Source of the DNA: Nemertoderma westbladi
Lineage: Eukaryota > Animalia > Xenacoelomorpha
Assembly: GCA_032718475.1 (NCBI GenBank)
Contig: JAUCBJ010009007.1
Coordinates: forward strand, 1 to 42,225
Reading direction: 5' to 3'
Length of the DNA stretch: 42,225 bases
Shown here: positions 13,408 to 27,795 of the stretch, piece by piece
Layout: the number at the start of each line of letters is the position of its first letter
How positions within the stretch are numbered: the stretch's first letter is position 1
Program-made: the position numbers and the translations under genes
Notes under the pieces: model-generated
The model's database searches: none
Seen by the model: only the letters and a program-made list of their open reading frames with translations
What the model was told of the DNA's origin: nothing

Positions 13408-13703
13408 AACGAGCAATAATGAACAACAACGAGCAACAATGAGCAACAACGAGCAGCAATGAGCAACAACGAGCAACAATGAGCAACAATGAACAACAAT
13501 GAGCAACAATGAACAACAACGAGCAACAATGAGCAACAACGAGCAATAATAAAGTACAACAACGAGTAACAATGAGCAACAATGACCAACAACGAGCAAC
13601 AATGAGCAATAATAAAGTACAACAACGAGTAACAATGACCAACAATGACCAAAAACGAGCAACAATGAGCAACAACGAGCAACAATGAGCAACAACGAGC
13701 AAC
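13408..13703. repeat. 10-bp minisatellite (GAGCAACAAY)n
   Basis: About 30 units of GAGCAACAAT/GAGCAACAAC with variants. Confidence 0.95.
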
Positions 13704-14413
13704 ATAGAGTGGGATCTCTCTCGCAAATAACATCTTACCCAGCTGATAGATCCTTTCACAGAATACAACACAAACTCTTGCCCTGGATTCAATGAAATTG
13801 AATGTTTATTATAGTAAGTTCCTGGGAAATCTGGCCTCCTGAATGACTTTTTATTTATACAGTAGTGTACATGTGCAGTTGAGCGCTTGAAAAATTACCT
13901 TTTTTGTCATTGCATAGATAATAAGAAAACGTACATACGGTTTTATTGAAGTATGTGTCTTTTGAACTTCGGTTTATTACTATTTGAACATAAGGCGCGA
14001 AATTCAAAATTGAAATTTCACCAAGTGACTTGCGGTGTTTTTTCATAATATAGTACTTTATATTCGGGGACTTTGCCCATTAAAACACGACATTACACAA
14101 TACAACAGACAAAAATAGCACAATAATTTTATACATTAGGGGATTTTAACAGTAATTAATTAATATTAATATAATACAACTAACTAGAATAGTAGGTGAT
14201 TCATAACATCCCCAATTGGGGACTTATATATAAATCGCAATTGCCGCACATTACTAATAATTAGGTTATTAGAGTTTAACACACGACGACGAAGGCTGAA
14301 CGCCGACCTTCGACGTACACATAAAAAACTAGGCACCCGATTAAATGTAAACATTTCCGACGCACTGCAGTTAAATGGTAGCCGATGAAGTTTCCTAAAT
14401 ATTCTATGGTAAG

Positions 14414-14953
14414 TGTGACGGGATCCAGGAGGGATCCCGATTTATCCGGTGTGGTAATTTAGTCCACGCGTCCCCGCCGTGTATAAGGATGAAATAAAGT
14501 AACTGAGTTCTGAAGTTCGGTGTATAATAATAATAGGGCATAGGATATAGATATAGATATAATGTGTACAAGGCGGGATACGGTAACTAAAGTCCCGTGA
14601 TCCCCTAACTAAACTAATTGACTACCAACCTACGCTAGCACTGCTGCACTGAGATAACTGAATCACTGATTAATAGGTTATTGGTTATATTGCACGGTGG
14701 CCTTACTGCTACTCAATCGATGCCTTTCCCCCCTCAGATTGGTTAATACCCTTGTTGGCGCCCCGTGGAGTATTCCCGTTCACTCCACCTGTTCTCCCTG
14801 GGTTAGGGGTTTGGCCCCTGACCCTTGTTGTGTGCTTCCTTCCCACTCTTATTGGGACGGCACGAGTTGGTTAATTACCCAATCTCGTGGCTCCCAATAT
14901 TGCTTATCGGCTTATAACTTTATGGGGTGTTGGCGGGATTGAATAAGCTAACA
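14414..14953 (-). repeat. Putative 3' LTR (540 bp)
   Basis: Minus strand starts TGTTAG immediately after the purine tract and ends GTCACA (TGT...ACA termini). Only one copy is in the window. Confidence 0.65.
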
Positions 14954-14962
14954 CTCCCCCCC
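14954..14962 (-). promoter_or_regulatory. Polypurine tract (plus-strand primer)
   Basis: GGGGGGGAG on the minus strand abutting the LTR TG; preceded by hairpin TGCTATCTTC..GAAGATAGCA. Confidence 0.65.
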
Positions 14963-15668
14963 ATGCTATCTTCCCGGTAAGAAGATAGCATCAACCAATA
15001 AAGTGCGTTACAATCCCGCTGGATCCCGATCTAGTATCGGGTGTGGGGTGGAATTCTTTTCTCTAGGAGCCGGCTTTCCAGGCCGCCCCTTTTGGGTATG
15101 ATAACGCTACCCTGTGTGCCTGGCGTCTCATGTCGGGCCGATCGCGCTCACCTCTTCACGCGACTTTTGTTTCCCCAACACTTTCGCCCTATCTCCCCTC
15201 CACTCTCACCCTAACTCTCTCATACCCCCGGACCTCCTCGTCCCTCACTCAGCCTCTTATTCTCCCCCCCCCCACACTAGAATTGCGTTCGCACTCTCTC
15301 CGCACTTTGCACTCTTACTCCGATCCTCAACTCCACTTTGACTATTTTATCTCTCCTGACGAACCTCCCCCCCCCTCTCGTGCCGTCGCACTCAAGAAGC
15401 GTGAAATTGTCAGTTGTCTCGTCCATAGTGCCATAGTCAGTTATCCCCCAGTCCCAGTAGCTAATTGAGAAAGGTTGTATGACTATAGTACTTACTCCAA
15501 ACGTATGTATTTTACTAGATTACTGATTACTACGTACGTACATACAAATTGCACTTATATGATTATTTGCATTAATTGAATTTGTACTTAATAGTTCGTA
15601 CATCCCGCGCGGCGCCTGCCAGGCGTACCACGTCTAAGTCCCAGTCTCTCTCCCTCGACTCTGGGAAC

Positions 15669-18205
15669 CTATCTGTTCCTCCGGGGGTAGTTCCCCCTGG
15701 CGTCCTCTTCCCTGGGCCGTTTCTTGGTTATCACCGTTCCTCTGGCATCATCCGCTTTCTGCTTTCGGACCTTCGCCGCCACTTCCTTGCTGATCCCGGT
15801 CGTTGGCTCCTTGGGCGCTGGTGTTATTAGTGCCCGATATCGCTTCGCCGGTGGCCCCTCAGAATGGCCCGGTTGTCTCCCTCTAGTGGCGTCCCATAGG
15901 ATCATTTTCATTGCCTTTGGTACGTGCTCCGCCAAGAAATCCCTAAACTCCCTTCGGTTCTCTGGCGTCCACCTGTCCAGGTACCGTTGCGTGTTCATCA
16001 CTCCAGCGTACGACGCCGCCGTTGCTACATCTTGATAGGTAAACGGTAACCTTCGCTTTATGATTTCCATGTGGGTCTCCTGATTGATAAGGAAGAAACC
16101 CCACTTGAACTCTTGGGCCTTCATGCGCTGGCGCGTCATGGCCCCGACGTCGGCCCACTCCTCGAACCTCGTGAACTTCTCCTCGTCGCTCATCCAGTCG
16201 CACTCGCGCCCGTAGTGTCCCCGAAAGTGGCACTTTGGACATCGGTTATGCAACCGTGGACACGCCCCCATCCTGTGACTTGGTTCTCTGCAGTAGAGAC
16301 AAAAGGTTCCCTTTTGGAACCGGTATAGGCAGCTGCTTTCCCGATGGGTCTGTCTCCCACAGTAGTCGCAGCCGAGTACCAATGTCTCCCGTCCCACCTC
16401 GTCTTTCGTCCCAAGCGATCTCCGCGGTCTGTGGAGTCGCTGGTAGGCGAACTTCTCTACGTTGGTCTCCCTGTTTACGTCGATCTCTCCGCCCCTCTCG
16501 GGCATCGTCTCCCCGAATACTATCCGTGGTGCCGTCCCCGGTTGCTCGCCCAACCTGATGGTGCTCCCCGCGAAATCCATCGCCGGCTCCTCGTGCACCC
16601 AGGTCCGCTTGCCGGATCTGTTCCCGAAGGCCCTCGCCCCACTGGCCGTCACCACCCTTCCGCCAACCCAGTCCGTGTCCGAGTGGCCTATCCTCTCGAT
16701 GGGCGGCATCTCTCCGAACTCGTCGTCGTCGTCCTCCTCTTCTGGTAGTGTCTCCAATCCCGGTATCCCGATGGATCCACTATGTCCTTTCCCGCCTTGG
16801 CTCTCGCCCGTAGCTTTCCATCCCTCTAGCTCCCTTAGCTTCCTTGGCGGTTGGTCGCCCTCGGCGCCCGCTGGTATGGGCATCGTTTGCAACCCCGACG
16901 TCGACTGTTTCGGCGATCCCACCGTCCATCCCAATTCTCGCCCTAGAGACTCCCCCGAACTCCCTGACGAAGTCCAATGAAGTTCGTCTAGGCCCGCCTG
17001 TTCCTCGAAGCCGTAACTCTGTGCCCTGGCCTCCTCTTCCCTCTCCTCTGCTTCTATCCTCTCCCGTCTAGCGACTTCTTCCAGTCGCTTTGCTTCTCGT
17101 CTGTCCGCCTCTAGCTGCTCCCATCTCTGATACGGTGTATCTGTCTCCCCGTCTACCAGATGTCGGCTGTTGTAGTACACCGACTCGCCCTTCAGCCCCG
17201 GGTGGTCTACCAGACCGTCAAAGGCCACTTTAAAGGCTCTCCTGCAGCTTAGGGGTGATCCCGATAACAGAAATGCTCCTGGTTCCCTCTCGATGACTAC
17301 GGTCATAAATAAGTTAAGCAAACTTATCATAATCCAGTCTTCCTGCAAGATATATCGCTTCTGATATAACTTTATCGCTCCTCTGCGAAATTGATACCTC
17401 CTGCTTTCCCGGTCTCGCTCCCCACTTTAACGAGTTCGCTAGTTCTGCTCCGTATTCTTCCCTAAACTTCCCCCAGTCCATCGGTTTGTGACATACGAGC
17501 CCCAATAGTTGGCCCATCGCCACTGCCCCGCATAGACCTGTGTTTTCGACTAGCCCCAACCCATCCGGTGCCGTCATAGCCGTAAAGACCTTCTTCTTCT
17601 TGTTGGTGGCGTCCGGACCGATGATCCTTTCCGCATCCTCGCGAATCGCCGATCCCACTTTCGTCGTCGACTTCTCTCTTACCAAGAACCGCTTTCGGTA
17701 ACCGGCTCAGTTTCGGCCCGTCCTTCTTCCCATACGTCCCTAGGTCGAATAAGAAGATGTCCCCATTTGGCGCGGCCAAATGTAGGAGTATGGTCCTGGC
17801 CGACCCTGCCGTTCCTCGTCTCGAACCCGCTTCGTCTTCCACGGTTCCCTCGTCATCTAGGATCATATATCCTCCCCTGTTGACGGACTCTATGAACCTC
17901 TTCCAGTCCTTCCTCGGTGATTCCCTCGGATACTTCGGAATCCCGAACTTCGCCTCGTCCCCTTTCACCACGTAGTGGAAGTGTTGGAAGATCGCGTTGT
18001 CCAGCGACGGCGTTCCGTAGGTCCCGACCAGCCGCTGCTCGTGCATCTCCCGGAAGTGGTCCTGCAGCGCTCGTGCCGCGTGACCCCTTTCCAACTTCTC
18101 GTAGTATCCTCTCGTCTTCTCTTCTGGGTGTCTTTCGGTGAAATCCACCAGTATTTCTTTTCCTCCTGACTCCGCCTTCCTCTTCCTGATCAACTTACTC
18201 GCCAT
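15669..18205 (-). pseudogene. Accessory ORF (two frameshifts): DEDDy WRN/EXD-like 3'-5' exonuclease, acidic region, three CCHC zinc knuckles
   Basis: Joins three overlapping ORFs: ExoI YMILDDEG, LLHLAAPNGDIFLFDL, LPKAVL/VREKSTTKVGSAIRED (ExoII), and YLAED (ExoIII) after removing one base at 17342-17343; knuckles CDYCGRQTHRESSC, CLYCREPSHRMGAC, CPKCHFRGHYGREC. Confidence 0.7.
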
Positions 18206-18698
18206 TCCGAACACTACACTCGCTCACCTGCAGGGTGGTGCCTTACCAAGGCGCAATACAGATGAGTGATGTATTGAGATGTTTCGTACGGTTCGATAAT
18301 GGCCTACTTTCTACTTAATTGCGCCTTTTAGCCTAAATTTAGCCTAATTAATTTTGAAGCTAGTAAATGAGCCTAATTTACAATTTCTGTCCGTTACTTT
18401 TATTATGTTCTAGAACGACTTCCCTTGTGTTGCCACTATTTTCTAACTTTCAGCCCTATTCTATTTATTTTAATTCTACTGTTCTACTATTTATTACTGC
18501 CTGTGGATTATTCTATTCTCTAATCCGTATTCTGGCCTACTCTGTGGGCCTATGCAGTACAGCAGTATACGTCGTGTGGCCACACGATTTACTCAGCTGT
18601 ACTCATATGCCCCCCTCTCGCTACTAACTCTACTTACTGCTAACTAATATCTATATCCTATTTACCCCTTTTACCTCTTACTCTCTCTCTTCTAACTA

Positions 18699-19385
18699 AT
18701 GGTACTACGTACCCTCTAACTCTAACTCTGACTAACGGTACTACGTACCCTCTAACTCTAACTCTAACTAGGTACTACGTACCTACTAACTCTCTAACTG
18801 ACGGTACTACGTACCCTCTAACTCTAACTAACGGTACTACGTACCCTCTAACTCTCTCGCTAACTATTGGTACTACGTACCCTCTAACTTTCTAATTATC
18901 GGTACTACGTACCCTCTAACTCTAACTCTAACTAGGTACTACGTACCTACTAACTCTCTAACTAGGTACTACGTACCCTCTAACTCTAACTCTAACTAGG
19001 TACCACGTACCTACTAACTCTCTAACTAGGTACTACGTACCTACTAACTCTCTAACTCTAGGTACTACGTACCTACTAACTAACTAACTCTAGGTACTAC
19101 GTACCTACTAACTCTCTAACTCTAGGCACTACGTACCTACTAACTAACTAACTAACTCTAGGTACTACGTACCTACTAACTAACTAACTCTAGGTACTAC
19201 GTACCTACTAACTAACTAACTCTAGGTACTACGTACCTACTAACTCTCTAACTCTAGGCACTACGTACCTACTAACTAACTAACTAACTCTAGGTACTAC
19301 GTACCTACTAACTAACTAACTCTAGGTACTACGTACCTACTAACTCTCTAACTCTAGGCACTACGTACCTACTAACTAACTAACT
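18699..19385. repeat. Array of 21 palindromic units (TAGGTAC-TAC-GTACCTA) with CTAA/CT-rich linkers, period 30-36 bp
   Basis: Counted directly; the GGCACTAC variant at 19125, 19257 and 19357 marks higher-order duplication. Confidence 0.95.
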
Positions 19386-19494
19386 ATTATTTTTATTTTA
19401 TTTTTATTTTATTTGTGTGGGAAGGGCGTCTCGCCCTCAATCCCACCCCCCTCAGTCCAAAACTTGGACGGCTAAACTCCACTGTAACTCCACT

Positions 19495-21949
<2,455 letters not shown>

Positions 21950-22537
21950 TTAGCTATTGGAAGATTGGCTGATTGTACCGTTGCTGTTGGATCTCAGATC
22001 TAGCAGTGTCGCAGAATAAACGATCAGCAGATAACGATTACTGCATTTAGCATTAGGCCTACCACCACTGACCACTGACCATTACTGCATTATGCATTAA
22101 ACACGAAAACTGATACCGGTAAGCCTACTACCGCAGTACCGGTACTAAGACTAACCACTACTGCACTAACAGACTAACTACAGCACTCTGGAACTACCCT
22201 ACGTCGTCTATCGTCGGTACGGTACGCTGGTACGTACTACGTAGGCCTTTGTCGTACGTATCCACGTATGTGCTTACGTATCCCAGTATCCACGTACCCT
22301 ACCCACCCCACATTACATTGAGCGATTTGACATAGGCTTACGGGTATGCCTACGCTTAGGCGAATACTGTTTCCTGATTGGTCCAGGTGAGATAGGACTG
22401 TAGGAGATTATGGTCTAGTCAAAGGTGTCTCTGTAGCTGTAGCTGTAGGCCTATCATTACAGTACCGTGGTGTTTCGCATTTGTCTGACGGGTAGTACTG
22501 CAGTATGCTTGCTGTAGTCTGTAAGCGTCAGTCGCTG

Positions 22538-23998
22538 GGGCGGTATTCATAAATGTGACTAACTAGGAACTTAGTCCTAGTCAAGATAAGATAGATAAGA
22601 TAATTCTTTTATTCACAAATACTTCTAAGCCTTATTAGGGCTACGAAGGCAGTATACGCAATACATACTGTAGTACACGATACTGATAATTAAGGTGAAT
22701 AAGTGTCTATAATCAAACAGCTGTCTTAGACAGATTGACTTACCTACGGTAGACCGCCTCGCCCTACATAAAGTATTAAAAAATAAAAATAAGGATTTTA
22801 ATATACAGTAGATATTGCACAGAATGATGTGTATTGTCACATCAAGTTATTAAGTGCTTGTACTAATTCGGTATTCAGAGAAGTTGGTGCTACTTATTAC
22901 TAACGTATTTAGTACTAGTTGTTGCTAAACTCGCATGAACACTTGAATTTCTAGTCACATGAAGATGTGACTAAGTTGGTAAGAACGCTTACTTATTGTA
23001 TATTGGCCTTCATACAAACAGTATGGTTATTATGTTACTGACGACACCAGCCACATTATACTCTCTCTTGTTTTTCTAGCATTCTATGTTCATTGCAAAT
23101 GTGTTGTTGCAGAGAAACTGTCAAATGTAACGACGTAAAGCTTTTTGTTTTTATAAACATATATCCGACTTAAATTTCCAAATTTCAGCTTACATTCTTG
23201 AATGGTGAGATTGCTCCCGAACGGTCCGCGTCCGTTGAAAAATGTGTTTCGCTAAAGAATTCTACCATTCGCGAACTTTCGCAAGATGAAAAAGCGGTAG
23301 CGTCCATCTTCATTATTTTCCTCTCTATTAACCGAATGTAAATAATGGTATTCGATAATGGTAGCCAATTGATTTATCGCCTTACTAAAAATAATAATTT
23401 TTCTCTAAAATTTTAACAGGAAATCACTAAAATATTCAGTTTCCACTAAAATCTATTAATTAACATTAAATATATTAATTATAAATTATTGCTAAAATGC
23501 GGGAAAGGGCAGGTTACAGTGCCACGTTATTCTAACCTAAATAATGAAGGGATTTTATTACAACAGGCCGTAACAGATTTATTTTTGATGATTCAAAAAT
23601 ATATTTTAGTGATAATTAAATTGAGTGGAGGAAATATATATTTGATAACGAAAAAAATTTACTGGAAAACAGGAATTGTTTTAGTGGCCAATACAATTAA
23701 TGGGTTTAATGTAGGCTACAGTATCAATACAAGTTCAACAGTATATATAGAGACATGCAGGGCATAGCTACCGTCCTTAAAGTTGAAACTGAAAGATTTT
23801 TGATAAACATAAGTTAAAGTACCTACACTGCTACTAATAGGCTAGAACTAAGTTTAGTAACAGTTTATGAATACTGATATTTTTTAAGGGCCAGTTGAAA
23901 CTAAGTTAAGTCAATGCTCTTACTAAACACAGTTGCAGCTCTTACTAAAAGCTGTCACTAAGTAGCTGTAACTAATTCTAACTCTATGAATACCGCCC
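22538..23998. mobile_element. PIF/Harbinger-like MITE
   Basis: TIR GGGCGGTATTCATA / TATGAATACCGCCC; 3-bp flanks CTG/CTA; internal ACTAA/TTAGT subrepeats. Confidence 0.65.
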
Positions 23999-24017
23999 CT
24001 AGTCCCTGTATCATTTA

Positions 24018-25604
24018 GGCAGTGATTTTTTATGTCCTTTTATTTGACTTTTTTTGTCCTCCTTTTTTTACGAATTGTGCATAACGACTTTTGTTGTCCT
24101 TTTAATGACTTTTTATGTATGTATTTCTTCAAACTGTCAGACTGCTGATTTCTGGACTGTCAGACAGTTGATTTCAACATGCCTACAGTATGCCAAAACA
24201 TTCAAAATTTGTTGATTTCTGGTCTGTCGGACGGTTGGTTTCACTATGCCTGTGCCAAAACATTCAATGATTCCATGATTTATAGACTATGAGATATAAT
24301 TCCATATGCGCCTGTGGTAAAAGACTCTAAATTTAATAGTTTGTGGTTGTTGAAGATAATCGATTACCACATGACGTAGCAAAACACTCATTTTATAGCC
24401 AAAAACAATTACCAATTGATGGAAAAGAGCAGGTTAAGGCCGGATTTTCTAACCAAAACAATAAACAGTCACTTTACCAAATCAGGGAAAGGAGCAGGTT
24501 ACAGAGGCGGGATTTTCTAACCAAATCAATAAACGATCATTTAACTAATTGAGGGAAAGGAGCAGGTTACAGAGGCGGGATTTTCTAACCAAAACAATAA
24601 ACGATAACATTACCAATTGAGAGAAAGGAGCAGGTTACAGAGGCGGGATTTTCTAACCAAAACAATAAACAGTCACTTTACCAAATCAGGGAAAGGAGCA
24701 GGTTACAGAGACGGGATTTTCTAACCAAAACAATAAACGATAACATTACCAATTGAGAGAAAGGAGCAGGTTACAGAGGCGGGATTTTCTAACCAAAACA
24801 ATAAACAGTCACTTTACCAAATCAGGGAAAGGAGCAGGTTACAGAGACGGGATTTTCTAACCAAAACAATAAACGATAACATTACCAATTGAGAGAAAGG
24901 AGCAGGTTACAGAGGCGGGATTTCCTAACCAAAACAATAAACGATCACTTAACTAATTGAGGGAAAGGAGCAGGTTACAGAGGCGGGATTTTCTAACCAA
25001 AACAATAAACAGTCACTTTACCAAATCAGGGAAAGGAGCAAGTTACAGAGATGGGATTTTCTAACCAAAACAATAAACGATAACATTACCAATTGAGAGA
25101 AAGGAGCAGGTTACAGAGGCGGGATTTCCTAACCAAAACAATAAACGATCACTTAACTAATTGAGGGAAAGGAGCAGGTTACAGAGGCGGGATTTTCTAA
25201 CCAAAACAATAAACGATCATTTAACTAATTGAGGGGAAGGGGCAGGTTACAGAGGCGGGGGAAAGGAGCAGGTTACAGAGGCGGGATTTTCTAACCAAAA
25301 CAACCGGTCAGCCGTTAGGCCTACCAGTACCGTATTTAAATGGTAGGCTACACAGTAGGCCTACAGCAGTACCGGTGCCGGTACCGGTACTAAAACACAG
25401 AAATACCTGCTTTATACCTACATCTGTACATACAATACAGCAAAATAGTGCTATACAGTATATACTAATACCGGTACTGATAGCCTGAGAGAACAGCAGT
25501 AGAGAAACCGGTAGCATGGAACCAAACATTAGATTTTTGGAGGACATAAAAAATCGAAAAAAAGGACAAAAAAAGGATTTAAACGGACAAGAAAAATTAT
25601 TGCG
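24018..25604. mobile_element. Mutator-like non-autonomous element carrying a satellite array
   Basis: Imperfect TIR GGCAGTGATTTTTTATGTCC vs GGACAAGAAAAATTATTGCG; 9-bp direct repeat TATCATTTA at 24009-24017 and 25605-25613. Confidence 0.6.
24408..25303. repeat. 68-bp tandem repeat, about 13 units
   Basis: GAAAGGAGCAGGTTACAGAGGCGGGATTTTCTAACCAAAACAATAAAC plus a variable segment; CAGGTTAC at 24563, 24631, 24699. Confidence 0.95.
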
Positions 25605-25893
25605 TATCATTTATTTGAGATAGCGGCCTAGTGAATTTTATTTTCAGTTTCATTTTATTTCTTCAGCGGTGTACCGGTATTGAGTATGCCTTCAGCCTTC
25701 CTGCTTTCTACACGGTACGGCAGCCCATACAGTATTTGTGCTACAGTAATCATTGTCATTAATCTAATCATAATTCAGTAATAATAAATCATAATAATCA
25801 CAATCAAACTTTTTAGATTTCCGATATTTAAACAGGGTGTTTCTACATAAGCTGTCTGGCAGTTATTTACAGGTGAAATATAACGACCTGCAG

Positions 25894-26084
25894 GAAGTTT
25901 TGTTAATTATGGAAACTACAATCTACAGAATATAATAATTAATTTAACTTTATTATGAAGTTTTGTTAATTATGGAAACTACAATCTACAGAATATAATA
26001 ATTAATTTAACTTTATTATGAAGTTTTGTTAATTATGGAAACTACAATCTACAGAATATAATAATTAATTTAACTTTATTATGA
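25894..26084. repeat. 63-bp exact tandem repeat, three copies
   Basis: GAAGTTTTGTTAATTATGGAAACTAC... at 25894, 25957, 26020. Confidence 0.95.
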
Positions 26085-26252
26085 CTTACCTACAATAACA
26101 TGCAGATATGATAAATAAATTGCTGTAATAAATTGCTGTGATGTAATACTAGGCCTACAGTATATTGAGTTTTTAATCTAATTAAAAGAAATAAAACTAC
26201 TAAACTAAACTAGTAGGCGAAGCCTTTTTAGAATTCGGTATATTCAGAATGT

Positions 26253-26756
26253 CTTTGTGGGGCGAGGCGGCGAGCCACGTAAGTCCAGGTGAGCCTTAGC
26301 GTAGGAGTATAATTACAGTAGTGGACCCGTCTGTCGTCGTCGTCGTACATTTTAGAACGCTAATAAGTCTGAAGGTCGGCAATCTCTGATGAAATGGAAC
26401 CAAACTTAGCACACATGTAGTCTATCAAAAGTTTAGAAATTTAACAGAAAGACAGACTTAGGGTAGTTAATCTGTTTGCCGCTAGGGGGCGAATTGACAG
26501 AAACGTAAAAGCAGATGTACGACTGTAATATTAGGCCTATATCAGTATATGTAGAACCAACCATCAGATTCATCTGAAATTTGGTAGGAGTAACCCTCGG
26601 CGCCACGAGCATTACTGAATAAAGAAATTCTGCTCACATAAGCCTCTACAGTTCCTCTGTCTGCCGCTAGGGGGGGGCGAATTGCTAGGTCCACTAATTG
26701 CATATCTACGCAAAGGCTCATCAGGGAGTAACGTGCTGCGCGAAGTTCCCACGAAG
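26253..26756. mobile_element. MITE-like element related to the termini of the 7246/10913 elements
   Basis: Imperfect ~50-bp inverted ends (TGAGCCTTAGCGTAG vs CTACGCAAAGGCTCA; CTTTGTGGG vs CCCACGAAG); ATGT on both flanks may or may not be a TSD. Confidence 0.6.
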
Positions 26757-27549
26757 ATGTACCAGTGGCAGTAGTGTAATGTAGTTTTTACTACATCTGA
26801 CATCTGATACCAGTTGTTTCCAGTTATTTCCGCTTTTTAGCATATACTGTATGTACCCGTCCCATGGGCCCCGTGTCGAATCTAATTTAATTTAGGCCTA
26901 AGCATTTAGCATGACAATTCTCTCGTATCTCATCTGGACCAATCAGTAAGCATTATTCGCCTACGCGTAAGTGAAATCGCTCAATGTAATGTATAGATAC
27001 TTGGATACGTAGGCACATACAGTACGTGGATGCGTACGGCATACGTGGAGAAGTTTAACCATTAAAATACCGTACAGCCTTATAGAAAACAATTCATGAA
27101 AGCAACAATTGAAAAACTAATAGGCCTACCGGTGTTACAGGTGAAAATGTCCCCCGAATATTTTGCCTGGGGCTGCGGGGGGGAAATTCCGCTGCTAGAT
27201 TTTGACCCCCATAACTGCCTAAGACCAAATCTGCTAGCAGATATTGTCCCTTAGCGCAGATTTTGTCCCCCCTTGATTCTAATCTAAACTACCTGACTAA
27301 TGAATAACTACTGTGCCGACAAAAATACTTAGAAGGTTGACGATATTGATCATCGGATAATCGCTTCCTTAAAGAATTGGCTATGAGAATATAATAACTA
27401 CAGTATATAAAGAGAACCTACAGTATCATGGGCAATCGGCATGTAATGCTGGCTGATTCAGTACGTTAAACTACTGTATATACTGTACTATCAGTCTCGA
27501 TGGGATTTATATGTTAGGCTGATATACCGGTATCGGTATATAAATGTAA

Positions 27550-27795
27550 AGGCGGACTTTTGTAACCAAAACAATAAACGATATTTGTTACCAATTGAGG
27601 GAAAGGTACAGGTTACAGAGGCAGGCTTTTCTAACCAAAACAATAAACGATATTTGTTACCAATTGAGGGAAAGGTACAGGTTACAGAGGCAGGCTTTTC
27701 TAACCAAAACAATAAACGATATTGTGATAAATTGAGGGAAAGAAAAGGAACAGGTTACATAAGCAAGCTTTTCTAATCAAAACAATAAACGATAT
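27550..27795. repeat. Second, diverged array of the 68-bp repeat (about 3.5 units)
   Basis: GGGAAAGGTACAGGTTACAGAGGCAGGCTTTTCTAACCAAAACAATAAACGAT units. Confidence 0.9.

Larger units (their letters stand above)
22250..27042. repeat. Pair of diverged inverted repeats (~22250-22393 and ~26927-27042)
   Basis: CATTACATTGAGCGATTT..CTGATTGGTCCAGGTGAGATA vs TATCTCATCTGGACCAATCAG..AAATCGCTCAATGTAATG; no TSD recognised. Confidence 0.6.

Noticed and set aside
13336-13792. Cys/Leu-rich ORFs in three frames
   Set aside because: Artefacts of the 10-bp minisatellite lacking stop codons.
14414-15012. Solo LTR TGTGACG...CGTTACA
   Set aside because: Flanks do not form a TSD, and the PPT position favours an LTR boundary at 14953.
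15669-17348. Calling the 559-aa zinc-knuckle ORF gag
   Set aside because: It lies downstream of integrase, shows no recognisable capsid or DUF1759 region, and joins an upstream exonuclease domain.
18699-19385. CRISPR array or telomeric repeat
   Set aside because: Linkers are short, low-complexity and repeated rather than unique spacers; no cas genes; eukaryotic context; no TTAGG(G) runs.
24408-25303. CRISPR-like repeat-spacer pattern
   Set aside because: The variable segment is only three related variants of one sequence; this is an ordinary satellite.
26700-26756. Hammerhead ribozyme core (CTGATGAG on the minus strand)
   Set aside because: No stem II followed by GAAA at the required spacing; the same holds for CTGATGA at ~36908.
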